Positions 24,964-34,087 of a DNA stretch of 52,555 nt are shown here, one piece after another. The notes beneath the pieces were generated by a model. It was given only the letters and a program-made list of their open reading frames with translations, was not told the DNA's origin and did no database searches. Made by a program: the position numbers and the translations under genes. The DNA is from a virus (Duplodnaviria; Caudoviricetes): positions 1 through 52,555 of the IMG/VR virus record IMGVR_UViG_3300022602_003287, one strand, 5' to 3'. Every line of letters begins with the position of its first letter. Within the stretch, counting starts at the first letter, position 1.

Positions 24964-25498
24964 TCTTGCCGCCTAAAACTACTTTGGGTTCGAATCGAGT
25001 ATTTTGTGTTTTAACATCTTCCCAGCTAGGAAACCCATCTATGTCATTGGTTTCTAGACTGTTGTTGTTCCACCAACTGCTGTTGTTTAATATTTTATTA
25101 CCCGTATCCACAGTATATTTTACACGATCCCCTAGCTCGCTGTCAACCGTTATCTGTGTAATAGTGATATCTTTATCTAGTATACTACTGAATTTATGGA
25201 AGAGCACAGATGCTAATATATAATCGGTTGGTTCTTCTGGAAGCTGTACGGTGGTAGTTTCTAACGTATCTAGTTTAATAAGGAATGGATGACCTTCTTT
25301 GATCAAGATGGAGTTATTAAGATAGAGCTTGATAAAATGCTTGAGCTTTTTAAATCCATTTTTTAATATATCACTATCAGATCCGTTAGGAAACATTGAT
25401 ATTTCTATATTGTATTGATTTGGGTATATATTATTTTCTATTACTAGGGAACAACTAAAATTTGTAGGCCATGTAAATGTGTTATTACTTGTTGACAT
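24941..25498 (-). CDS. Hypothetical protein
   Basis: 185 aa; overlaps both neighbours. Confidence 0.6.
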   Translation of the reverse strand: MSTSNNTFTWPTNFSCSLVIENNIYPNQYNIEISMFPNGSDSDILKNGFKKLKHFIKLYLNNSILIKEGHPFLIKLDTLETTTVQLPEEPTDYILASVLFHKFSSILDKDITITQITVDSELGDRVKYTVDTGNKILNNSSWWNNNSLETNDIDGFPSWEDVKTQNTRFEPKVVLGGKNENRPVW

Positions 25499-25736
25499 TT
25501 ATTAAATCATCGAAATTCTTATCACCATTCCTAGTAGCTACTGACATCGCCTTGGCATTTTTAGCACTAAGTTCTTGTTTAAATCCTTCTATAGCTACTA
25601 ATATCTGTTGACACAATCCACTATTTCCTGATCTAGCGGCTATGAAATATTTCCTAGTTAGTTCAGAAATCTTACTATCTAGTTGTTCAGCGCTTAGGTC
25701 GCTCACATCATTGAATAAAGGATTATACGTTAGCAT
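25485..25736 (-). CDS. Hypothetical coiled-coil protein
   Basis: 83 aa; helical. Confidence 0.55.
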   Translation of the reverse strand: MLTYNPLFNDVSDLSAEQLDSKISELTRKYFIAARSGNSGLCQQILVAIEGFKQELSAKNAKAMSVATRNGDKNFDDLINVNK

Positions 25737-26367
25737 TCCATGTTCCTACCAACTGCACCCATATGTTGTATCCAGCATCTGAACTCCATACATCCCATAT
25801 CTGTCTCGTTCCGGGTTGATATGCTGTAGGATATACTCCGGTACCTTTATCAATATTTCCGATGAAATAGATACTGGCTGTACTAAGACTTTGGTTAGTA
25901 TTAAATGACACGTTCCATGTAGCCGAGTTTACTACTCCATATGCTACCAGTTCAAATCTTAACTTTCCTACCGTACCAGACTGAGGCCACCCTTGTATAT
26001 TAAACTGTGTGCTAGTACTGATAGATGCTACGTAATAGTTTGCTGTGCCATATGTTATCGTTGGAGATGCATTATTGAGGATATTGTTATCCTGTCCCCA
26101 AGCTCCTGTGCCATATCCTGCATAAGCATCAACTGAATCAGCATTATTAGAAAACACAGCATTGCTGACAAAGTTACCATTAAAGTTAGTAGCGGTATTA
26201 GTCTGTACAGAATAAAGTTGTAGGTTGGTTATTTCATAGGCAGCCTGAGTAAAACTAGTCTGAATATAATTAAAGTTGTCTCTAAAACCTTGGCTGTCGT
26301 TGTCTACGCCGGCGACCGGATATAGGGTATTGATTATGTTAGAAGTAGTAGTTATTTGGCTTGGCAT
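25723..26367 (-). CDS. Putative virion structural protein
   Basis: YPVAGVDNDSQGFRDNF N-terminal motif followed by a beta-rich domain; ATAAATA upstream. Confidence 0.65.
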   Translation of the reverse strand: MPSQITTTSNIINTLYPVAGVDNDSQGFRDNFNYIQTSFTQAAYEITNLQLYSVQTNTATNFNGNFVSNAVFSNNADSVDAYAGYGTGAWGQDNNILNNASPTITYGTANYYVASISTSTQFNIQGWPQSGTVGKLRFELVAYGVVNSATWNVSFNTNQSLSTASIYFIGNIDKGTGVYPTAYQPGTRQIWDVWSSDAGYNIWVQLVGTWNANV

Positions 26368-26403
26368 TTTAGTTATCCATTATATTGTTTTTATTTATCG
26401 TGG

Positions 26404-28122
26404 TTACCTGGCACCCGTTGTACGTCTTGGATAAGCGGCCCCAGACTTAGGTCTAAACCCGTAATTTTCTTTAGGGAAACTAGATCCAGTTTTTAAGACT
26501 TTGTACAATGATGTACCCACCGGCACACCCAATCCTGTTACAGCATCCCAACCTACTGTAGAATTGTAACCCTGCACATATACGGCATTATATCCCGATA
26601 CGATATCATAAAACGCCGAAGGATTGGCATATAGAAAAGGATTGGCAAATCCTATCCTTTTTCCAGTTAGAGCATTTAATCTAGCTATCAAACCTGCTAC
26701 CATAGGAGTGGCCGCGCTTGTGCCACCGTACTGGACGTAACTATTGCTAGACCCTTCATAAAAGGTATATCCTGTATAAGGATCAGAATTTCCTGCTACA
26801 TCGGGAACTCCTCTTACAGCTAATGAAATAGGACTTCCAAAACTTCCACCTGTGGTGGCGGTAGTATAATATAATCCAGCTTGCCAACTAGGTAGTGACT
26901 GATATATGCTTTGTCCACCCCCCGATCCGTTCCATACTACTTCGCTTGACCTAGTCACACTGTTTTGGGCAGTAAGCTGTATAGAGGTTCCTCCCACTGC
27001 TGTGACGTAGCGACTAGATGCCGGATATTCAACTTCGGGCACATATCCTGCCCATGTTGACCCATTATCGCCACTACTAACAACGATGGTGATTCCTAAT
27101 ACAACAGACTGTGCTAATACCGCTTCGGTAGCGGACACAGTGCCGGCTGACCAATAACCATCAGTAGCATAGTTTTCACCAGCCCCCCAGCTAGTGCTGA
27201 GCACGCTAGGATTATTCACAGTATCATGTATCGCTGTATTAAAGTTATTGTACCAATTCGGTCCTGCTGTAGGGCTACTGGCTCCTGCTCCATATCCAAA
27301 ATACAACACCATTTTGCACAGTGGAGCCGATCCCCAAACGCAGTAGATATCTAACATGACTTCTGGAGCACCACCCGATTCAGTGGGATCGTTGACTCCT
27401 CCGTCTGTAAAAACATCAACTGTATCTACTCCTATTATAGGAACTCGTGGCATAGTAGCGCCGTTGACAGGAATATTCTGAGTGAAGGTACTGGTTAGAT
27501 TGTTTTGAGTATATCCACCTCCCCATTCCATGATACCTACAGTCACTCCATTAGCATCATTGCCGGGGTAGTTGTAGACCGCTGCCAGCTGCCATGTTGC
27601 TACAGCACCGGTGGTTTGAGGAATACTAGCATTCGTTATTGTGCCTTTATTTCTTTTTATTCTTACTGACTGATCTAGACCTAATACATATTCTACTACT
27701 CCGTGTAGAGTAGATGGGATATTTACTGGACCCGAGTGACTGATGAATGTTGTAGTAGTGTTGGTATAATCAGTTAATATAACTCCAAACGCAGAATTTA
27801 TCTGTAGAGCAGTTCCTGATAGTTTTATAGTGGCACTTGGCGTATGTATTTCTTCGATAATAAATCCCACAGTACTGGCAAAGTCTTTGATTAGATTAAT
27901 ATGGTTTTCTGAGGAACTAAATCGAGAACTAAATTCTTCGTATGATAATATAGGATTTTGTCCTGCTATTATGCTGTCGGCATACTCTGTAACTGATTCA
28001 GGACGATTCAGCATAATGTTAAACTTGATTATTGTATTATGATCAGTAGGAGCCGTCGATACTATATCGGTATAGTTATTAGGAGTACTGCTTGCTAAAC
28101 TAACAGTAGGAGTGAGGATCAT
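26404..28122 (-). CDS. S53 (sedolisin/kumamolisin) serine protease with pro-domain
   Basis: Pro-kumamolisin-like N-terminus; EVMLD (Glu/Asp), SSGDNG, GGTSAATP (Ser), YDIVSG...GWDAVTGLG Ca site. Confidence 0.9.
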   Translation of the reverse strand: MILTPTVSLASSTPNNYTDIVSTAPTDHNTIIKFNIMLNRPESVTEYADSIIAGQNPILSYEEFSSRFSSSENHINLIKDFASTVGFIIEEIHTPSATIKLSGTALQINSAFGVILTDYTNTTTTFISHSGPVNIPSTLHGVVEYVLGLDQSVRIKRNKGTITNASIPQTTGAVATWQLAAVYNYPGNDANGVTVGIMEWGGGYTQNNLTSTFTQNIPVNGATMPRVPIIGVDTVDVFTDGGVNDPTESGGAPEVMLDIYCVWGSAPLCKMVLYFGYGAGASSPTAGPNWYNNFNTAIHDTVNNPSVLSTSWGAGENYATDGYWSAGTVSATEAVLAQSVVLGITIVVSSGDNGSTWAGYVPEVEYPASSRYVTAVGGTSIQLTAQNSVTRSSEVVWNGSGGGQSIYQSLPSWQAGLYYTTATTGGSFGSPISLAVRGVPDVAGNSDPYTGYTFYEGSSNSYVQYGGTSAATPMVAGLIARLNALTGKRIGFANPFLYANPSAFYDIVSGYNAVYVQGYNSTVGWDAVTGLGVPVGTSLYKVLKTGSSFPKENYGFRPKSGAAYPRRTTGAR

Positions 28123-29460
28123 TTATCCCTCCATCTTTAGAACGGTTAATGTTACTGTTATATTGGCTGAGGCTGCTGTATTGTTATAGATTTTTACAGG
28201 TATATTAGTTGTAGGTATCGTTTCACTACTGAATCCAATAATAGCAGGAGTAAACAAAGTTGTAGCAGACTGTGTTGTGATAGCTTCTGCTATGACTCCA
28301 CTACCGGGAGTCGGATCTGAAGTTATAGATCTACTAAAATCTGCTCTCATAGTAGCTGTTGAGCTATACAATGTTATCCAAGCTCCTGTGCTTACCGCTA
28401 TACTGTAAAGGGCATATCCTGCATATGCTACTATCGTGGCGGTTACTGCGCTTAGACCACTGAGTGAATTCACGGTAACTGATGCGGTAGATCTATTATT
28501 AGTTCCTCCACTACCTGATGTATTCCAGATAGTTATAGCCCCTGACGAACCACTTATTGCTGTTCCTGTACCTGCTGTAATACTTGTAACACCACTACTA
28601 CCCCCAGTCCCTGTAGTCCAGATCGTTATAGCTCCTGTTGAACTACTTATTGCTGTTCCTGTACCTGCTGTAATACTTGTAACACCGCCACCAGCGAATA
28701 GCACGCCGTTTTGATATAAGTTGCCGCCGAAGTTAATATTTCCTCCTGCGCTAATTCCACCAGATACCATCAATGCCGAACCGGTCGAAGTACTGATACT
28801 AGAAGCGGTTGATTTTACATGTAGAGTATTTCCGAACCATCCACTTTTACCTATACCAATGCCACCTGTTGTTACAAGGTCTCCAGTGGTTGTACTGGTA
28901 CTCTCGACTCCGGCAATGATATAAACTGTTTGACTATTAGTACCACCAGTCTGGATATTCTGTGCCAGCAAAGCTATAGTAGCTAATGTAGCTGAACTTA
29001 TAGAGGCTCCCTGTACATTGAGTGTTCCTGTTGGAAGATTAATGTTACCACCTATCCATGCATCTAAAGCTATTCCGGCTCCTCCTGCTACCTGTAAAGC
29101 ACCTGTATTGGTTGAGTTAGAAGCATTTGTAATATTAGATATCACAAAGGTAGTGGTGGTTCCAGTACCGCTGGCTATAGGACCGCCCCCATTGGTTCCT
29201 GTGCTAATAGCATATCCATTAGAATAGATAGTTCCTCCTACGTACAGATTACCTCCTATTCCGGCACCTCCTACTACCTGTAATGCTCCGCTATTACTTG
29301 ATGTCGATGGTTGAGAATTTAATACTATAAGTTGGCTAGTTTGATAATTTACTCCATTGGTTCCTCCTACCCATTTTACTCCGTCAAATGTATATGCGAC
29401 TCCATTGGGGCCTACATATATTTGACCTACGTATGGAAGATTGGGAAAGTTTAAAGCCAT
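28123..29460 (-). CDS. Tail fibre/structural protein
   Basis: LNFP...YTFDGVKW N-terminal module; repeated GALxVxGGxGI.GNL motifs; Thr/Gly/Ser-rich. Confidence 0.7.
   Translation of the reverse strand: MALNFPNLPYVGQIYVGPNGVAYTFDGVKWVGGTNGVNYQTSQLIVLNSQPSTSSNSGALQVVGGAGIGGNLYVGGTIYSNGYAISTGTNGGGPIASGTGTTTTFVISNITNASNSTNTGALQVAGGAGIALDAWIGGNINLPTGTLNVQGASISSATLATIALLAQNIQTGGTNSQTVYIIAGVESTSTTTGDLVTTGGIGIGKSGWFGNTLHVKSTASSISTSTGSALMVSGGISAGGNINFGGNLYQNGVLFAGGGVTSITAGTGTAISSSTGAITIWTTGTGGSSGVTSITAGTGTAISGSSGAITIWNTSGSGGTNNRSTASVTVNSLSGLSAVTATIVAYAGYALYSIAVSTGAWITLYSSTATMRADFSRSITSDPTPGSGVIAEAITTQSATTLFTPAIIGFSSETIPTTNIPVKIYNNTAASANITVTLTVLKMEG
28552..28686. repeat. Internal duplication with 93-bp period and 42-bp exact core
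   Basis: ACTTATTGCTGTTCCTGTACCTGCTGTAATACTTGTAACACC at 28552-28593 and 28645-28686 (GVTSITAGTGTAIS). Confidence 0.85.
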
Positions 29461-29473
29461 TTTATATTATCCT

Positions 29474-31807
29474 TTACAATGATATGATAGACATGGCCGC
29501 AGAGAAAGCCTGTGTTGCTAGTTTTTTACTACCGGCATAGGCGTTATTGCCTACATATAGATTACCACCTATTCCCACACCACCATTTACAACTAAAGCA
29601 CCTGTAGTACTTGATGTTGATGCTGTAGATGTTGTGATAGATACAGGTAAGCTGTTTACGGTTAACATGGCACCAGTTGTAGCGGAAAGGGTTGTAATAC
29701 CTCCAAGGCCTATTATTACCTGACTTAATGTATTGATATACAATGGGATTGTGGTTATACCAGTATTAGGAGTATTTTGTACTATAGCGAATGTGCCTAC
29801 TTGCGTAGTAGTAGATCCTACAGTAAAAAATCTCATACCGGCTGCGTTGGTGCCGATAGTACTATAGTCAAAATAGGCATAGCTATTCCTACCTAAGGTA
29901 GTCGTCCCATTGCCGCTTACAGATACTCCACCGACTGCTTCTACAGCATTAGCACTGCTGTAGATAGGGTTATTTAAGTTGCTGGCATTTATTATCAAAC
30001 TAGTTCCGTTGAATCCTATCGAGTTACTGAAAGTTGTAAGTCCAACAGCACTCTGATAAGGTATTTCATATTGTGCCCCACCTGCCAAGTTAGTGGCTGT
30101 ATTAGAACTTCCAGGACTGTTATTGATCCAAGTTGGACTGCTTCCTGGGCCATTACTGCTTAATATCTGTCCAGGAGATCCGAAGTTGTTTATGTTTGAT
30201 CCAATAAACAAAGCACCTGTCCCTGTGAATCCCATCTTGACAGACCCATTGCCGTCGGCTAAGATCACAGTACCTGTATTAGTCGCTATACTGGTAGCGG
30301 TATATGATCCAATGACTACATTGCCTACTCCGGTAGTAATACCAGATCCTGCTTGATATCCTATCGCGATGTTACAACACCCGGTGGTATTGGAGTATAG
30401 GGCACTATAGCCTAATGCTAGATTATTACTTCCTCCGGTATTAGAATATAAAGAACAAGCACCTACCGCAAAGTTATTATTTCCTATTATGTTGCTATAA
30501 AGACTGTTATATCCTAAGCCAACATTGCAAGAACCCGGAACATTATTGTTTAACGATCCTTGTCCTAGACCGATATTATTATTACCGTATGCAGTATTCT
30601 GTAGACTGCATACTCCTATAGCTATATTGTTGAATCCTGTTTGGCTTCCTGCTAATGACAAGCAACCAATAGCTAGATTATTATAACCTGTAGTATTTGA
30701 ACAAAGAGCACTGTAACCTAATGCTATGTTATTATATCCATTAGTATTAGTTGATAGAGCATAACAGCCGATAGCGATGTTTCCAGGTCCGGATGATGCG
30801 AGATTAGCAGGATAGGTTAGTAACAGAGAACCAGTTACATTAAGATTGAATGCTGTTTTTTGTACAGTATTATCTGGAAATACAATACTGCTGGTTATTG
30901 TTTCTGTATTAACATATATATTGTTAACGATCTCAGTATTGATAACTTGTAGATTATTAGGTAATACCAATGTTCCGGTATTGCTGATATAAACAGTCCA
31001 TGTACCGTTGATTAGATTACTAGCTGAAGTAGCATAGGAAGCAGATGCTCCTCCTAGTGTTCCATATATAGTTCCTCCTACATATAGATTTCCTCTTATA
31101 CCTGCTCCTCCTGCTACTAACAAAGCGCCAGTGGTACTATTGATAGATGACGAAGTGTTCTGTATAGAAAATGTTCCTGTAGTAACACCAGTATATGGAT
31201 TAAATAAAGTACCATTTTGATATAGATTACCATTAAAGTTAATATTATTGCCTACGTTAATATTTCCCGAGACTCCTATTCCTCCAGAGACTACTAAGGC
31301 TCCTGTCGTAGTTGAAATAGATGGTATATTACCTATGATTGATAGATTATTAGTTAGAGTATAAGAATCAGTTGGATTTATTCCAGGACTCGCATCCACC
31401 CATTGATAGTTGTAATAGACATACAATCTTCCACTATTTCCATCATACCATATATCATTTTGTTTATTGACAGTAGGAGTACTAGTGCTTAGTATTAGAT
31501 TAGCTACATTTCCGCCGACGTTTAATGTTCCGTCTCCTGCGACAGATAGTCCTGTACCTGGTTTTATAGCGCCTACGGTAGAACTAGTAGCTATTAATGG
31601 AGTTCCGTTAATATCAGTATAATATAATACAACATCTCCTTGTTTACCTGCCACAGACCTAACAGCGATGGTGTTTTCAAAAAACGGAGTTAATACATTA
31701 AAAGTGGTTTGTTTTGTTGTAGGTACGCCAGTACTAGGGTCCACTACCAGCAGAATCGTCGCTGTTGTGACTGTTGTTAAAACGGGCAGATTGCTAATAG
31801 TTGGCAT
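29474..31807 (-). CDS. Tail fibre protein with YadA-head-like 17-aa repeats
   Basis: About 9 GxxNxAxGxxxL repeats; TTGALVVxGGxGI repeats; VRSVAGKQGDVVL. Confidence 0.7.
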   Translation of the reverse strand: MPTISNLPVLTTVTTATILLVVDPSTGVPTTKQTTFNVLTPFFENTIAVRSVAGKQGDVVLYYTDINGTPLIATSSTVGAIKPGTGLSVAGDGTLNVGGNVANLILSTSTPTVNKQNDIWYDGNSGRLYVYYNYQWVDASPGINPTDSYTLTNNLSIIGNIPSISTTTGALVVSGGIGVSGNINVGNNINFNGNLYQNGTLFNPYTGVTTGTFSIQNTSSSINSTTGALLVAGGAGIRGNLYVGGTIYGTLGGASASYATSASNLINGTWTVYISNTGTLVLPNNLQVINTEIVNNIYVNTETITSSIVFPDNTVQKTAFNLNVTGSLLLTYPANLASSGPGNIAIGCYALSTNTNGYNNIALGYSALCSNTTGYNNLAIGCLSLAGSQTGFNNIAIGVCSLQNTAYGNNNIGLGQGSLNNNVPGSCNVGLGYNSLYSNIIGNNNFAVGACSLYSNTGGSNNLALGYSALYSNTTGCCNIAIGYQAGSGITTGVGNVVIGSYTATSIATNTGTVILADGNGSVKMGFTGTGALFIGSNINNFGSPGQILSSNGPGSSPTWINNSPGSSNTATNLAGGAQYEIPYQSAVGLTTFSNSIGFNGTSLIINASNLNNPIYSSANAVEAVGGVSVSGNGTTTLGRNSYAYFDYSTIGTNAAGMRFFTVGSTTTQVGTFAIVQNTPNTGITTIPLYINTLSQVIIGLGGITTLSATTGAMLTVNSLPVSITTSTASTSSTTGALVVNGGVGIGGNLYVGNNAYAGSKKLATQAFSAAMSIISL

Positions 31808-31810
31808 TTA

Positions 31811-34084
31811 TCACTCCAGATATATATTGTAACCATCTTCTGTAAACAACTCATAGCCATCTGTGGTGCTTGTTGTTACATAAGATAAGCTCTGACCTAG
31901 ATTATTACCGGAATTGTCTTTAGTTGGGAACATCAAATATTTAGCGCCCGAGTATGTTAAGTTATCCTGTAGAATAAATCTATCGATAGAGAAGTCTATG
32001 TTGGTAAAATCAAAGCCAGATTGTGCTATTTTTTCTACTATCGTAGCTCCATTTCCTGGCAGTGCGTAGCATAACGGGGCTACAGTTACATAGCCTAATG
32101 GATTTCCTGTGCTGATCTGTATGGTCCTCATGAACCTAGGCAGCTGATACTCGTCAGTTTTAACCTTGCTTCCTTTGATCAACATATTCTCAAACTGTGA
32201 TTTCATGTTTAATATATTATTAAGATAAACCATATGCCCATTTATATTGATAGGGCCAGTGGGCCCAGATCCGTTAGATAACTGATCTATTATGGTAACA
32301 TAGACTACGTCATAGACATAGTTTCCTTGGCTATCGTTAGCCTGGCTGTAACTGACATTACCAAAGAAGAATCTCCTCCTAGAAAAATATTCAACCAGTG
32401 TTTCTGTAAAATAGTTGTCTAGGGCTGATTGTTCTATTCCAAATTCTATATAAAGTTGCAGTTTCTGTTGTATTCCAAAATAACTATCATTAGGTCGATA
32501 CATTATAGCAGGATCAAATGTATATGAATTATTAATAAAATCTTTGTAAGCAGATCTCTGACCTTTAGGTAGTAGAGGCTGGGCATATATCTGTGTGTAC
32601 TTGGTTAGATCATTCCTTACTACAGCGATACGGAAACTAGAAGTGCTAACACCATTTTGATATATATCTCCTACTCCTACGACAAAATTCCAATATTTGT
32701 CTATAGTGGTCTCTCCGCCATCTAAAATAAGAAAATTAGGTGTGGGTGTAGGCCCGTAAGGTCCATCAAAACATGTGACACTCTGATAACTGACTCTACC
32801 TTGTATATCTCCATTATCGGCTAATGTCAGTCCTGGGGGTAACTGCCCTGATACTAATGTAAATAATAGAGGTGATTCTAGATAAACATATTCTGCCTTG
32901 ATGCTTAGTTCGCTAATATATCCAGGAGTTATCGTACCGACTGTAGATGTAGTGAGATATTTTATACTGTCATTCAATACGCCTTTTATCGTTATGGTAA
33001 AGGTGCGCGGGCTTATATTTTGATTTTTTGTCTGTATATCAACTTTTACTACGTTTACTGTAAAACTATATGTTAGATTAAATGCCGGTTGATAAGGAAT
33101 GGCAGCATACAGTACTCCTGTATTAGGATCTAGATTGAAATTTGGAGGACGTATGCTAGGGCTACCGTCTTGATTTAGTACAGGAGTCAACCAGTCGTAT
33201 AAAACTGGACCTATATAAGATTCAAAATCATAAACGCTGAGTTTAATGGATAAGTTATTATTGGCCTTGACCACTCCTAGATTAGCAGGAGTTAGCCATT
33301 GCGGGGCTAATAGATAGTCACTATCAGTACTATAAGCAGTGGTGTCGACATCTATAAAAGTATTATCTACTCTAAAGTTATTAGGATCTTCAACCTTAAT
33401 AGCAAAATACTGTCTGCTGATTAATGTACCATCAGTGACACTTACATAAAACTGATAGGTCTTAGGTATGTATCTAGGAGTAGTACTGAATGTCGAGCCG
33501 GATAATCCCACATGGTCGTAAGGATATTCATCATAGGGTTCTTCATCGTATCCCCCTATAGCACTAGCTAGATAGTTAATCAACAGTACATCTTTAATCT
33601 GTCCGGTTATGCGACCAGAAGATAATAAGGTCAATCCAGGAGGTAACGTTCCATCATTATCTCCTATGTAATAGGTGAGAGATCCGTTAGTTGGTAATAC
33701 TGGTTCATGTGCGTTTAGTTGATAGTCAACAAACTCTCCATTCAGTGTATAGTATGTACCAAACAAGCCCGCGGCTAATAGACCGCTAGGAGTGATCCAT
33801 TCTGGACCAACATGCCCTACCGTGAGCATATTAAAAGTTTGATCGCTAACGCCTTGTGAGTTTGATGCTCTTACAGTAAACTGACTATAGGTAGTTTGAC
33901 CGATAGAGAAAGGTCTGCCATATATCGTTCCTGTGGATGAAAATAACAAACCGGATGGCAGTTTACCGTTTATGATATCATAAGATATACCATCACCGCT
34001 GGCAGATACATAGGTAGATGTATATATCTGTTGTGTGACAGTCCCTAGGAATCCTGCCGGGGTTTGCCAGATCGGAGCTGTCAT
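31811..34084 (-). CDS. Baseplate/structural protein with Ig-like (He_PIG-type) repeats
   Basis: Repeated P.WxTP.G and LP.GL...S.G.I.G motifs. Confidence 0.7.
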   Translation of the reverse strand: MTAPIWQTPAGFLGTVTQQIYTSTYVSASGDGISYDIINGKLPSGLLFSSTGTIYGRPFSIGQTTYSQFTVRASNSQGVSDQTFNMLTVGHVGPEWITPSGLLAAGLFGTYYTLNGEFVDYQLNAHEPVLPTNGSLTYYIGDNDGTLPPGLTLLSSGRITGQIKDVLLINYLASAIGGYDEEPYDEYPYDHVGLSGSTFSTTPRYIPKTYQFYVSVTDGTLISRQYFAIKVEDPNNFRVDNTFIDVDTTAYSTDSDYLLAPQWLTPANLGVVKANNNLSIKLSVYDFESYIGPVLYDWLTPVLNQDGSPSIRPPNFNLDPNTGVLYAAIPYQPAFNLTYSFTVNVVKVDIQTKNQNISPRTFTITIKGVLNDSIKYLTTSTVGTITPGYISELSIKAEYVYLESPLLFTLVSGQLPPGLTLADNGDIQGRVSYQSVTCFDGPYGPTPTPNFLILDGGETTIDKYWNFVVGVGDIYQNGVSTSSFRIAVVRNDLTKYTQIYAQPLLPKGQRSAYKDFINNSYTFDPAIMYRPNDSYFGIQQKLQLYIEFGIEQSALDNYFTETLVEYFSRRRFFFGNVSYSQANDSQGNYVYDVVYVTIIDQLSNGSGPTGPININGHMVYLNNILNMKSQFENMLIKGSKVKTDEYQLPRFMRTIQISTGNPLGYVTVAPLCYALPGNGATIVEKIAQSGFDFTNIDFSIDRFILQDNLTYSGAKYLMFPTKDNSGNNLGQSLSYVTTSTTDGYELFTEDGYNIYLE

Positions 34085-34087
34085 AGT

